Source of the DNA: Octopus bimaculoides
Taxonomy: Eukaryota
DNA length: 64,000 bases
Direction: 5' to 3'
Assembly (NCBI RefSeq): GCF_001194135.2
Contig: NC_068985.1
Coordinates: 31,232,513-31,296,512 of the forward strand
Position numbers and translations under genes: made by a program. The notes under the pieces were generated by a model. That model ran no database searches. It was not told the DNA's origin and saw nothing but the letters and a program-made list of their open reading frames with translations. How positions within the stretch are numbered: the first letter of the stretch is position 1; every line of letters starts with the position of its first letter. Shown here in pieces: positions 38,901-51,589 of this stretch.

Positions 38901-39061
38901 GTCGGCCGGCGAGAAAGAGAAATGAATAAGGGCGCGAAGCTTGGATATCGATGACTACGCATGCGCATGAGACTCTTCCTGTGTTCCTTCCGGAACTAGT
39001 CCCTGCGCATGCGTGGATAAGCTTTCCAGAAATGTTGTCTGCTATTTAAGGCGTCACTACA
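35944..39061 (-). mobile_element. Internally deleted Ty3/Gypsy (CsRn1-like) LTR retrotransposon with both LTRs and TSD
   Basis: LTRs 38635-39061 (5') and 35944-36336 (3'), TG...CA, 4-bp TSD TATG on both sides, tRNA-Trp PBS TGGTGACCCTGA (38632-38621), PPT gcaggggagcca (36348-36337), integrase C-terminal FKVNTNGRTEIVSVDRLK near 37270-37330; an RTE tail is inserted at ~37436-37750. Confidence 0.9.
37436..37750 (-). mobile_element. RTE 3' tail nested inside the LTR element
   Basis: Reverse complement of 873-1152 including the (CAT)n run. Confidence 0.85.
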
Positions 39062-41079
39062 TATGTAATGAATTGCTTCCTAGCTTCTTAGCCAAGATTT
39101 GAAACCTAGCCTAGATTTTTCTTCCAGTTTCTTTCATATTGTTTTCAGCCTCTGCACTTATAAAATTTATGAAATTCAACAGTCACATTTAGTAGAGTTT
39201 TCTTGTTTAACTTAACATTCTTAGGTTAAATAGGGTTCAGGCAGATAAGAGACAGAAAATCCTTTTTCTAGCCTTACCTAATTTAGTTTTAAAAAATATA
39301 AATACAGAACCCAAAATTGGTTTTAACTCTTCTTCACTTGGCTGACCATTAAAGAGCATCACTTTTTCTTCCTTTCCTTATGAGCTATCAAAGAGGGAGC
39401 ATTTAACTTTCACCCTCTCTACCAGTCAACACAGGTAAACTCTCTTATGCTTTCTCTCCTTTTCCATCAATCTTCTAGTAGTCAACAAAGGATGAATTTG
39501 ACTACCTAAAGATTAGAAAGCAGAACAGCAAATTATCATTGTATAACAACATCTCAAGGAAGTTGTATCTTATATTGTAACAATGAAAATAAAAGGCCGT
39601 TTCATATAATATTTTCTTCTTCTCATTTATTTGCAGTATATAAATCATTACAAATATATGTCCTAACAAACACATGTCCTCAACATGGTAATGTCTGCAC
39701 CACAAAGATTAGCCATCCTCTTCAGAAAACCAGGAAATATTTAGCCCCTGACACCTAATCTTATATACTGCCTTATTGAATTAATTATATTTTTAATCTC
39801 ATAGTGTTTTTAAACCAATAAAAGTACAGTTTGAGTTTCAGTTCCATTAAAGCCAACTTTAATTGTTAACATTTAACAAAAATTGATAAATCACAGGGTA
39901 AATACTCAACAGTCACTGTCATCTCACACCTAAAGATCAATAAAATACATGCTAGTAACATACTAAGATCTACTCAGCCTGTCCTACAAAAATTAAATTT
40001 TGTTCATTTGTTTTCCAGATCTTCTGAGGCTAGTAAGATTAATTTTATAAATTAACATTGTTCTTGAACATATGCATGTTGATTGAAAGCTACAAGCAAA
40101 GATGTTCAAAGAGGGGTTCCAGAATGGTGAGGTTCTGAGAAGAAGGATGGACATATGAGTTAGTGTGGAGCCTAAAAAGAGGAGTAAATATAGGAGAACA
40201 AATGAACATGTGTGTCAGGAGTTCTTGAGTGGAGGAAGCATGAGGCCAGACAGAACTGTAATAGTGGTAGAAATGGTAAAGAGTTGAAGCAAGGTGTCTG
40301 TAAACCAGAGGTTAGAGAGTGTTGCTTAATAGTTTCCTGTCAATCAGTCAAGTAAAATTTCTTTGGATGCAGTTTAGGATGTGTGTATGTGTAACAACAG
40401 TTTCATCCTAGATGTGGGAACAGGACTCCATTGTTGATATTAGCTAAGATATCTAGAAAGTAGGCTCTTATCTTCCAGTTGTTGAATGTTGTAGATATTC
40501 CCACTGCGCCTTGTGTATTTCTATGTTCGTGTGTTTGCTCTACCTCAAAACAGAAAAGTGGTACAAACTTATATACAAGAATTAACAGAAGAGAAGAACC
40601 GCAAATTCGTCTCCTGCTCATTTCCCCCCAAGGTACCACACTCTGTAGACAAAGTAAACAAACGAAACCCATGTTGAGAAATGATGAAAACTGCTAGGAC
40701 CAAGCCGGTAAACTTGCAATGTGACAAGATCGTTTCCAGCTGTTTCGTTTTCGCCATTTTTCCTGTTGAAGCCTACAGCCATCGTTCTTGTCTACCACCA
40801 TGTTCCGACGCCTTACATGTTGTTAGAGACAGAAAACCACCAATTCACCTGCCAATTTCTGACGCCATCTTGAAAAAAAAAAGAACGGAACAAATATTTT
40901 TTTCAGCAGACTGTAACACAGGTTTGGCAACTAAAAAAAAAAAGAAAATTTTGTTAAGAAAATTTTTTTCTGCACACATGTTTATCATTCCAACAACACT
41001 TTTGTCAGTTCTTTGGTCCTTTCCTCTGTGAGAGTTTTGTACATTCCCATGCTTTTTTCCTTTTTCCTTTCTTTCCTCT

Positions 41080-43140
41080 GTAAAAGATGAGTCTTCCCAA
41101 CTTGCCTGCATACTCTGGTGACATCACACTTTGGTTTGCTCAATTAGATGCATATTTTTCCACCCATGCTGTGCCTCACCAACAGCAACTGAACTTTTTG
41201 TAGTAGAATGCCTTCACCATTTGCATGCTCAGTGAAAGATTTCATCACTGAGCCACATCCAGATGTGACTTATGTGTCCATCAAATCTGAGGTTCTCCGT
41301 TGGAACACACAATCCATGGAGAGTAAATTCCAGACACTAATGCAGGATGAACACCTGGGAGATAGGACACCATCTGAGTTTCTTCATTGGTTGCGAGAAC
41401 TCAGCAACGCTCCACTTGAGGACAATCTTCTGTTAAGGAAATTGTTTTTCTCTTGTCTACTGCCGAATGTCTAATCAATACTGGCCACAACAGTCAACCC
41501 AATTTGCTCGATCAGATAGCCACCATGGTGGACAAGATCACAGAGCTTACTGTACAGCCCACACCTCACCATACCTGTTTGAACCCCGTAGTAGCTTCCT
41601 CTACTACTACAGATTCTCCTGCCTCATCATATGACAACATTTTGGAGAGAGTCGATGCATTAACACGTCACATGGACACACTGTGGCGAGAACATGCCAG
41701 CTCTTGGCCATGGTCATCTAGTTCTGTTCCAATGGTTTCCAATCTCTGCTGGTGCCATGCCAGATTTAAGGACAAAGCCCATTGATGCATCTAACCCTGT
41801 TTATTCAAGCTGTCGGGAAACTAGTTGCAGAAGATTTGGGCATGTCAGTTTCTTCCTGAAATTTTTCATCTCATCATGCATTCTTTGTTAAGGATTGTGT
41901 GTCTCACGAATCGTTCATGGTTGACACTGGATCCAGCTGTTCTATTTTGCCTTTGCGCCTTACTTCAGACAAGCCAAAGCAATCTGTCATTAACTTGCAT
42001 ACGGTGAACCTATCCCCAATAAAAACTTACAGTCAGGTCTCATTAAACCTAGATCTCAACCTTTGAAGTGATTTTAGGTGGGTTTTTGTTATAGCAGATC
42101 TACCACATCCTATTCTGGGTGTGGACTTCTTAAACCACTTTCACTTATTAGTAGATGTCAGGCGACAGCGACTCATGGACGATTCTACGTCTTTGTTTAT
42201 ACCTGCTCGGGTTACTACTAATGCTGTTTTCAGCCCATCATTTTTTGTCGCCACTGCTGGAGATCAGAGGTTTATTGACAAAGTTGTCCATGGACTTGAC
42301 TGTGTGTTTGCTTACATGGATGATTTGCTTATAGGTAGCGACACGTGAAAATCACCTCCAACACTTATCTCAACTTTTCCAGCATCTTCGCCCCAACAAT
42401 GTGCAAATCAACCCTGATAAATGTGTTTTCGGACAGACCTCTCTAGAATTCCTAGGTCATTATATCAACTCTAATGGTATCTAACCTCTCTCCTCCAAAG
42501 TTGATGCAATTCAACACATCTCACTTCCCACTTCTTTACACCAACTGCGTCATTTTTTGGGAATCGTCAACTTCTACAGGAGATTCATACCTAAATGTGC
42601 AGACAAGTTACTTCCTTTGACTCAACTATTGAAAGCAAATAAAACAAAAAATTCTCCTATCACTTTATCTGCTGAGGCACTATCTTCTTTTGAGTCAATC
42701 AAGAAGGAAATAGCTTCTTTTCCTTTACTTGCACAGCCGGTTCCTGATGCTCATGTCTCTTTAACAGTTGATGCATTGGATTCTGCGGTCGGTGCCATTT
42801 TACAAAATACCGTCGATAATCAAACTTGACCTTTGGCATTTTTTCTTGTCAATTAAAGCCAGCTGAACAGCATTACAGTACGTTTGATCGTGAACTCAAA
42901 GCGATCTACCTGTCGGTTTGTTGTTTTCAATATCAACTCGAGTGCCGAGATTTTGTGATTTATATTGATCACAAGCCTCTTACATTTACTCTGCCATCTA
43001 AATTGGACAGACACTCACCTCATGCTCTTTGCCACCTGGACTACATTTCCCAGTTCATGAGTGACATTCGGCATATACCTGGAACAGAGAAGTACCTGCT
43101 GACGCACTCTCTCGTTGCCGTCTTCTCTTTCATCTCCTAC
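41080..43140 (+). mobile_element. Decayed Ty3/Gypsy (CsRn1-like) gag-pol
   Basis: gag LPAYSGDITLWFAQ, LGDRTPSEFL, LCWCHARF; protease-like LTLDPAVLF/acactggatccagc; RT FIDKVVHGLDCVFAYMDDLLI, LGIVNFYRRFIP; RNase H LTVDALDSAVGAILQ, YSTFDRELKAIY; multiple stops and frameshifts. Confidence 0.9.
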
Positions 43141-43329
43141 TGCAATCGATTTAACTACCATTGCGCAGTATCATTTCAAAATTTTAATTTCCCCCCACCC
43201 CCACCCCCACCCAAGAATTGGAGGGGGGAATTAAAATTTTAAAATGCCATTTTTTTTGCAGAATCAATATCTCTGTACTCGAAAATGGCGTATTCTGTAA
43301 AAAAAAAAGAAAAAAAACGAAAGAGGGTG

Positions 43330-43650
43330 CGGTCTTTTTACGTCCCTCACCACTTGTCTATTAAACCAGTGCACGAGATTTCCACCCTTCTCAACATCCC
43401 TAGGTCCACTGTTTCCAATGTAATAACGAAGTGGAAACGTGAAGAGACGTGCACAACCCAAAAGCGTTCGGGCCAACCGCCCAAGAGACCGTCGGATGTT
43501 GAAGAGGGTCGTATGTGCATAATGGTCTATCACCATCACACAGGATCCACTCCAAGCACCATAATTGTTCGGCGCGAGGTACGGAAACTTCGTTTCCACG
43601 GAAGAGCAGCTGCCCATAAGTATATGGGAATATTTTGTCAACAAATTTAG
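43330..43650 (+). mobile_element. Tc1 transposase N-terminal (HTH) fragment
   Basis: VHEISTLLNIPRSTVSNVITKWKREETCTTQKRSGQPPK. Confidence 0.75.
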
Positions 43651-43689
43651 ATGCATCGAATAGGTTGGTATGTTACAGTAAATAAATTA

Positions 43690-43894
43690 AATTTCGAACG
43701 CTGGGTAGCTATGAAGACAGCCAAGAAAATTGGGTCAATACCCCTAGAAAACAGAAAAAAGTTGCTAGCAGACGGTATCTGAGAGGTACAGGGTTCGATT
43801 CTCTGTAGCCGCCTGTTTGTAACTTTTTTTCCTGTCTTCTAGAAGTATTTACCCAACTTTTTAGGCTGTTTGTACAGCTATCCCTCGTTCGAAA
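43690..43894. repeat. ~200-bp imperfect palindrome (foldback) with tRNA B-box-like loop
   Basis: Arms ttcgaacgctgggtagct...gcagacgg and ccgcctgtttg...agctatccctcgttcgaa; the loop contains gggttcgattc. Confidence 0.75.
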
Positions 43895-44757
43895 GTTACT
43901 TAATTTTCTGTAGTATATATATATATATATATATATANNNNNNNNNNNNNNNNNNNNNNNNNNNNNNNNNNNNNNNNNNNNNNNNNNNNNNNNNNNNNNN
44001 NNNNNNNNNNNNNNNNNNNNNNNNNNNNNNNNNNNNNNNNNNNNNNNNNNNNNNNNNNNNNNNNNNNNNNNNNNNNNNNNNNNNNNNNNNNNNNNNNNNN
44101 NNNNNNNNNNNNNNNNNNNNNNNNNNNNNNNNNNNNNNNNNNNNNNNNNNNNNNNNNNNNNNNNNNNNNNNNNNNNNNNNNNNNNNNNNNNNNNNNNNNN
44201 NNNNNNNNNNNNNNNNNNNNNNNNTGACTGAAACAAGTAAAAGAGTTAAAGAGTATATATATATATATATATATTATGTGTGTGTGTGTGTATGAATGTA
44301 TACATACAAAATATAAAAATACTAAAAACCAGATTCACTCTTCTCTATATTTATTTTCCCCAAAATTTGCTTGCCTGATTTTATTTTAAAAAGTTTTAGA
44401 GAGGTCTTGTCTATTAATTACATGGCTAATCTCAGCTAATCGAAGTTTTCCAACTTATATTACATATATAAGACCTTATGCGTACTTAATATGCAGTATG
44501 TTTCACTAATATATTTTCTTCTCAATGGTAATGTTGGTCGTGCGCGTGCGCACATACACACACACACACACACACAGCTTCTGACAAGCTATGCCTCTTA
44601 TTTCGAAATAGCAATATAGCAATAGAGGTGAAATCTTGTGAACGAATATTTTTGTGAGCATTTTTGTTATATCATTCAGGATTAATAAATATTTGAAGAT
44701 GGTTTTGCCCTCGAAATTTCCCCTTATCTTTTAATAAATCTTAATCTTAAGCGGCCT

Positions 44758-44808
44758 TATATATCCGGGCAATTTGTCTGCGCAGCCGCACTTGAAGTCT
44801 TTCTTTCT
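44758..44808 (+). promoter_or_regulatory. RPS25 core promoter: TATA-like element and TCT/5'TOP start
   Basis: tatatat at 44758-44764 and tctttctttct at 44798-44808, ~30 nt above ATG|GT; a pyrimidine-rich start is typical of ribosomal protein genes. Confidence 0.7.
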
Positions 44809-44832
44809 GCTACAACCTCGTGGACGTAAAGG

Positions 44833-47800
44833 ATGGTACGCTCTTCTCCTTATTTTTTTCGCACTTCATTTCGTTGGTTTTGCTTAAATTTTTACCAAAC
44901 CTCAATATAGAACAATTTAATCGATTACATTATTTAATGATAGTAATTTCTGTAGTGTTTAGAGCAAGTAAGTTAATGTCTTTTAATTGTAAGTTACAAT
45001 TTATTGTACCTACCCAATACATTCTCAACATGGCAGCTTATTTAACATAATTGTTAAAGTAAAGCTTCATTTCATTTATCCGGAAGTAGGATCTTTAGGA
45101 ATTAATATGTATATAATGTATGAAGGTACAAAATAACCCTAAAATGTTATGTAATAGACAGTTGCATATCGGTTAGTCAATGTCACAAAATAATTCGTAA
45201 ATGTGATCTGTCTACTATCAAAGTACACGTGGTATTTTTCCGATACGCGGATTTCTTTTCATCTGGGCATTTGAAAGAAGGCAATTTTAGCGGAAATTGA
45301 CCATAAATATCATATTCTTATTTTGTTGCAAATGAAATCAGCTCAAACAGTTATAACTTGTTCTAATTTGCTTTGTACTACATATCCAATTTGTTTAATT
45401 TTGCTTTTTCTGTTACCATTTCTTGTTTGATTTTGTTCTTTTTTATAATTAGTTCTATTTTAACTGTTTGTAATATTTCGGTAGTCTTCAGGGCAACAAG
45501 CTGGCAGAATTGTTGACATGCTGGGCAAAATACTTATCGGCATTTCTTCCGTTTTTAACGAAGGATCGCCTTTACGTTCTGCTTTAAATTTCTACCTATC
45601 TCGATAAAATTAGTACCAGTTGAATACTGGCGTCGATGTAATCGACTTACTTCTCTTCTGAAATAGCTGGCTTTGTGCCAAAATTTGAAACCAATATTTC
45701 TGTCAATAACATCAACAATAATGTACAAAAATAGTTGGCTATCGACGTGATGAAATGAAAAAGACTGCCAGGAAATTAACAAGAGTGTTAATTATAAACA
45801 GTTTTCTGAACTAATATACCAATAACATATTTCGAAAATTTTACTCGTCCCGTTTTGAGTTATTTTGGGTTTTTCTTCATTATTCTAGCTGACGCCGCTT
45901 TAGTTAAGATTGACATAATGTCCTCTCGACGCTTGCTAACCCAAGTATATTGTTTGATCGGAGTCTTGGGTATAACGAGGAATATATTTACAATTAAACC
46001 ATTTGTCGAAATGATCAATTTTCTCGTCCTACATGTCTCTACTGTAGAATTTTCGATGTAAATAATGCATATAATATTAATGCCTTGTATGAGAGAACTA
46101 TTTTTCATCTTCACCGTCAAATATTTTCTTGTAGCCGCCCAAAAAGACAGATAGCAAGGGAGGAAAGGGAGGAAAACAGCCAGAAAAGAAAAAGAAGGAA
46201 GGAGGATCCGGTGGTAAAGCCAAAAAGAAGGTAAATATCGATTCTAAATACTGTCTAGATTTATGCTTAAAATTGTGAAAATTTTTATATAACCTGATGA
46301 AAATTTTTTCGTTAATAGTATGTTACTCTCAATTGTTGATTACCTGTAGGAATGGTCATTATAAAGACCTTCACCCGGGAACAAAAAAGAAAACCAGCCT
46401 GGGGGTGTTAACAAGTGTGTGGAAAACGAATATGAGAAAAAAATGCGCGCTGGCGGAGTGGGGAGGGGACTTTGGGAAAACTCACAAGATCCGATTTTTC
46501 CGTTATAACTTTTGCGAAAATGGATGTAAATTGATTTTTTTTTCTTTTGGTTGTGGAGAACCCGATTCTGGAAATTTTTTTTCAAAGATCGCTTTTTCAA
46601 AATTTCAATCCCACCTACTCCCTCATTACGATTCTGAAAAAAAATTTGTAAGGTCCTTAACTGTTAACGAAAGCAAAAAAAAAAAAACCATCCTGTATCC
46701 GAAAACGTGGGATTCCGTAAAAAAAATCCAATATATATCCATTTTCTTGAAAGTTATGAGGGAAAAAGCTTCAAAATTAATTTTTTTAAAATATAAAAGC
46801 AATGATGTATTTTTAAGAAAAGCGTGATGACCAAGACCGGAACACTGAGTCAGGAACAAACTTGCATCTATATAATGGGGCATAATAAATTTACGGTTCA
46901 TTTAATGTAACTGTTGAGTAGCCCAAAATGCCATACATATTTAGTAATCTATATTATGGTGTATAATAAATAACACTGTGAAGGCTGTGGACTTTGTTTT
47001 TATTACTCTGAATAAATAATGACAAAAAAACGACTTTGTTAATGTTAGCAAATCATCTCCAGTCTGATATTGAAGTATTAAATGAAATTATCATGAATTG
47101 GCTGGCTGCCAATTTTTTTCATTAAAGCAGTGACAGTCATAAAACAGTTCAAATTACATTCTTTGTGATTAATGCAATTGTTTTAACTCTGGTTTTAAAA
47201 AAGTGAAGTACAATGGGGAGATGAGAAATATTAAAACATGGAGTCCAATGGGAATTGACTTTGATGGTGATAATTTCTAGATATGTTCTGGTCTTATTAG
47301 TAGTCCTCATCAGAATAGAATAGCTTAATAATGACTGATGTGAAATATAACACGTTTTGTGAATGAATACAGTAGTGTTAGAAAAAATTTTAATTACTTG
47401 GGAAAATACTTAAAACTTAAGTTCAGCACTACAAGACAGGTCATTCTGCATAAACTATTCATACTTAAAGGAGATATAAACTCCCACAAGTAAGAAAGTT
47501 TATTAATGATGCGCAAGCAAAATTTCCCTGCCAGATACTTCATACTTTGTTGGTCAAAGGCGCTTCTGATTAGAAAAGAGACATATAATTAAGTCCCACA
47601 AGACAGGTGCACTATGTATGTTCTGAACTTTATCACTCATTTTGTAAGTCTATTGTGTATGACCATTTTATACATATCTTATGAAAATCCTTTACTGAAC
47701 TGATCAAAGTATTTTACTAACTGCAGCTGTTTTTTTTCCATTGCAGAAGTGGTCAAAAGGAAAAGTCAGGGACAAGTTAAATAATTTAGTATTTTTTGAC

Positions 47801-50800
47801 AATGCTACCTATGATAAGTTGTTAAAAGAAGTCCCTAGCTATAAACTGGTCACACCTTCAGTGGTTAGTGAAAGATTGAAGATTCGTGGTTCTCTGGCAA
47901 AACTTGCCCTCCGTGAATTGGAAAGACTAGGTAGGAATTTTTTTGTTTCGTAGCAATTCATTAAATTTTTTTTATTTTAGAGTTGAGTTTATATGGTATT
48001 TAGAAAATATTTTCTTTATTAATGTCAATATTAAAATGAGAATTTAACAGATGAGTGGTTTGTAATTTAAAAGTTATATTTGTATACTGAGAGGTTACAG
48101 GAGATAGCTAGCTGCTTGTGTATTGAATAAACACTATAACAAACATTAGCAATTGTATAAATGAAATAACTTTGAAGAAAGTATTTCAGCTAGGTACAAG
48201 GCTACTGTTGTAATCCTCTTTGTGATAGACCAGAGAGCGACATGCTATTTCATTTCCAAAAGAACTTTGTTGAATGCATGAAAACAAGTTAAGCTCAATT
48301 GCTGGTGGTTGGAGTTTGAAAAACACTACTAATATAGATTAGAGGGATCAATCAATTAAGTGATTTTTGCTGTTTGGGTGAGAACTGACTTGCAGTAGAT
48401 TCTACAGAAGCATAGAATATTTCTGATTGAGACTGAAATATACGGTTAATGTTTGATATTATCTGGAAAGGAAATATAAAAAAAAATAGTGTAGTATGAA
48501 AACAAAAATGCATGGAAAGCAACATGGTGGGTGGGGGTGTTAACTTTGGAAAATTCACAAGGTCAGAGTTTTTCCCTTTCATATGGCATAGATTACAATT
48601 GTAAAGAAATTTGTGGCGAAAATCTTTTCTGAGGGGGTGGGGAGAGAACTTCTGAAAATTCACAAGAGCTAATGTTTTTCCCTCATAACTGTTAGGGAAA
48701 TGGGTTTTTTAAATGAAATTTTATATTAATACCTTTCAAATGGCATGTGACTTGTAGCTGAGTCTTATGCTTGTATAATTTCTTCTATGGTTCGGAGAAC
48801 TATAGCATGGTTAACATGGTTTGGAGAAGGAGGGTGCAGGGAAGTTATATTCTAAGCATTCAAAAGCCCAAGGCAACCACTAACATAATATAAACGTTCG
48901 GTTAAATTTGCATGCACATAATATATGTATGTATATATAGCCTGTATCTCAGTCTATATGTGCTCTACATAGACATATGTTTTTGGAATTAGGATGATCC
49001 TGAGATAGAAAATCTGCCCTTCATTTAGTTCTTGAACATCCAGTATTGAGATTAAGTCTGGATGCGAATTTGTTATATGCTAACAGTTAAAAATTCGAAT
49101 TTTGAAAGAAACCTAAAATTTGTGAACTTACAAGTTTTTCATTTATTCTGAATTTGAAGCAATACCAATAAATGCTTTATTGTTATTGCTCTCTTTAGTT
49201 TGGGGCCACAGGCTTTTAAAGCTAGTCTAATACAAGTGGTATCTGTTGGTCTGGATGTAAAATATTAGCTTCTTTTTTTAGCATAGTATTAATGTTTTAG
49301 TTGAAGTTTATAAGTAATTGAAGGTTTTATAGTTTGTTTTAATATGAGCATGATCAGGTGTACTTTTTCATGTTAGTTGCATGTATGTTGGTGGGTGAAC
49401 ATTTTGAAAATAAGCTACATTTGTCTCACTAGTCTCAATGTGTGCAAAAGGCCACAGGTACCTTTCTCCAAACCAAACAAATTAAAATATATTCTACAAA
49501 ATACTTTGTAGCATTTATTTTAACAATATTTTTATATTCTGCATCTTGTTATTCTTCAGTTTGCATGTTTTGTGCAATGGTTAATTTGGGTTCTCTGTAG
49601 AGATGATAAAATTCTGACTCTTGAAGTTAATTATGAAGTTCTTATCCTCTAAGAAGTTCTGAACAGATAACCAGGCTTCTTATTTTTGGTCTATAAGCCT
49701 TGTTCTTTATTTTTTCCTAGGCAGTTATATTTTGTTTTGCTTGAAAATACATTTGAAAATTCTAATAACTTTAATTTTTTTTTCATATAAAATTACTTTG
49801 TGTGTTTGGCCAAGTGAGCAATATCTTATTTTTGAGGAACTTCCCAAACTGGTGAATTTAAAGTTGAAGTTCATTGGTCAATGTCATAAAGAGTTAGTGT
49901 TTTGTGCAGGGTAGGGATGGTTAAGAGAAATAGCCTGTATCTTAGCTAGATATTTATTGTATGGTGGTATATGTGCAAAATCTTGTTTCTCAAAAATCTT
50001 TTAGTTTATGTAAATATATGAAGATAATGCTCATATAAAGAATGACTAATAAATGCTGTTCTGGAGTATCAGGTTCTGCTCGGTTCAAAATTTGCTGCTT
50101 TTAAAACATGGAATGTGTACAGGCGGTTTGATAAGAGTTGATTAACTTGGTTTTAAATATTTCCCTTTATATACAGCTAGGTGAGTGATGCAAATCACAC
50201 CCTCCAGTTTTGTGTTAAGTAAGCTTCATTCATTGGTTGAATAAAAAAGGTTGTGATTTGAGAGATTTTGTATTTTTAGTGCCAAATTACCATGTAATGA
50301 TTTCCCTTGTTTGTATACATTGTACAAGGTTGTTGAAATGTGATTTGGCTGTTTGTGAGAGGTCTTGTTTGGTGGTTCATGTAACTGTATGTGGTGTAGT
50401 TGTACATTTGTTCCTTTTCATCTGCTTCCTACTCTAGCATGGATTGGACAGATAGCCTATATTTAAAGCATCCTGTTTTCACCTAGAATAGATGAGGATC
50501 TCATCTTGTTTGGTTTCTACAACTGGATGCCCTTCCTAATACCAATGGCTTTCTAGTGTACTGGGGACTTTGATCATGCCACCAGCATTAGAGCTTTAAC
50601 ATGCTCAATTAGGCTAAACAATCTTCACATTTTTCAAAGTGTACAGTGTGCAGTTTTTTTTGGTGGGAGGGCACTAGTGCTAGAGAAATAACCATGTTTT
50701 CAATATGGTTTGGGAGTTCTCAGAGCCCTGTCTCTGCTTGCATGCTAGTCTCTTTGAATGAGACATGAATAAGAAGGATATGTGATTGGGTGGGGGTGGG

Positions 50801-51283
50801 ATGCTGGTATGAACATTCAATATTCTGTGATAGGTATGTATATTCAAGGCAACATAAGATGGTCTGGAAATGACAGAAGCCAGGATGTGTGGGAGAGAAG
50901 AAATATGGATAATTGGTAAAGATCAAAGGTTTTATGTAAGATGTGTGCACTTATTCAGTGTATTTTGCATGGCAGTTATAATAAACTTGTTTCCATATAT
51001 GCTAGAGAAGTCTGCATTTTATACACGAGATACTTTTCTGATATTTTGTTGCTTACACTTAGGCCTGCATATTATATACACAAGTAAATATAGTATGCTT
51101 GAACATGCTGCCTGTAAATATATAAATTTTTCTATTATTTTGCATCTTCACTACATAACAATTTTATCTTTTGTTGTAGATATATTTACTGCTATTTTTT
51201 AAATTTTAGGTGACATCAAGCTGGTGTCCAAACACCATTCACAGATCATCTACACCAGAGCCACTAAGGAAGATGTAGCATAA
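44833..51283 (+). CDS. RPS25: 40S ribosomal protein S25 (eS25), 118 aa, 4 coding exons
   Basis: Exons 44833-44835 (ATG only), 46135-46230, 47747-47930, 51210-51283; [11 protein letters not shown]...[56 protein letters not shown]...[22 protein letters not shown]; AATAAA at 51300. Confidence 0.98.
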
Positions 51284-51589
51284 CCTTAGAATGAAGTTCA
51301 ATAAATGGCATTAATATAAATTTTTTTTTTTAATTCTTGGCTTTAACCTGTTATGTTCCCATCTCCCTTGTAACTGACGTGGAATCCACAATAGCGACTG
51401 AAACATTGCTGTAACTAGATTGCTTTGTAAAATTGTCTTCAATATGTTAAAATTAGAATACGATGAATGTTAAACTTGCTTTTTTATCATTACACAGGGT
51501 TTGCTCTTATTAAAATTTCTGTTACCTAAGGGACTAGATTAGTAGCGAGGGAAGATGCATGGAGAGTGTGATGGTTAGAATAATAGGAT

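Noticed and set aside
46826-46852. GTGATGA...CTGA in RPS25 intron 2
   Set aside because: The boxes are only ~14 nt apart and sit at the edge of a dispersed repeat also seen near 33590, 43150 and 48530.
47250-47320. Minus-strand CTGATGA in RPS25 intron 2 (and others near 1370, 12184, 46294)
   Set aside because: No helix II, GAAA or helix I partner, so not hammerheads.
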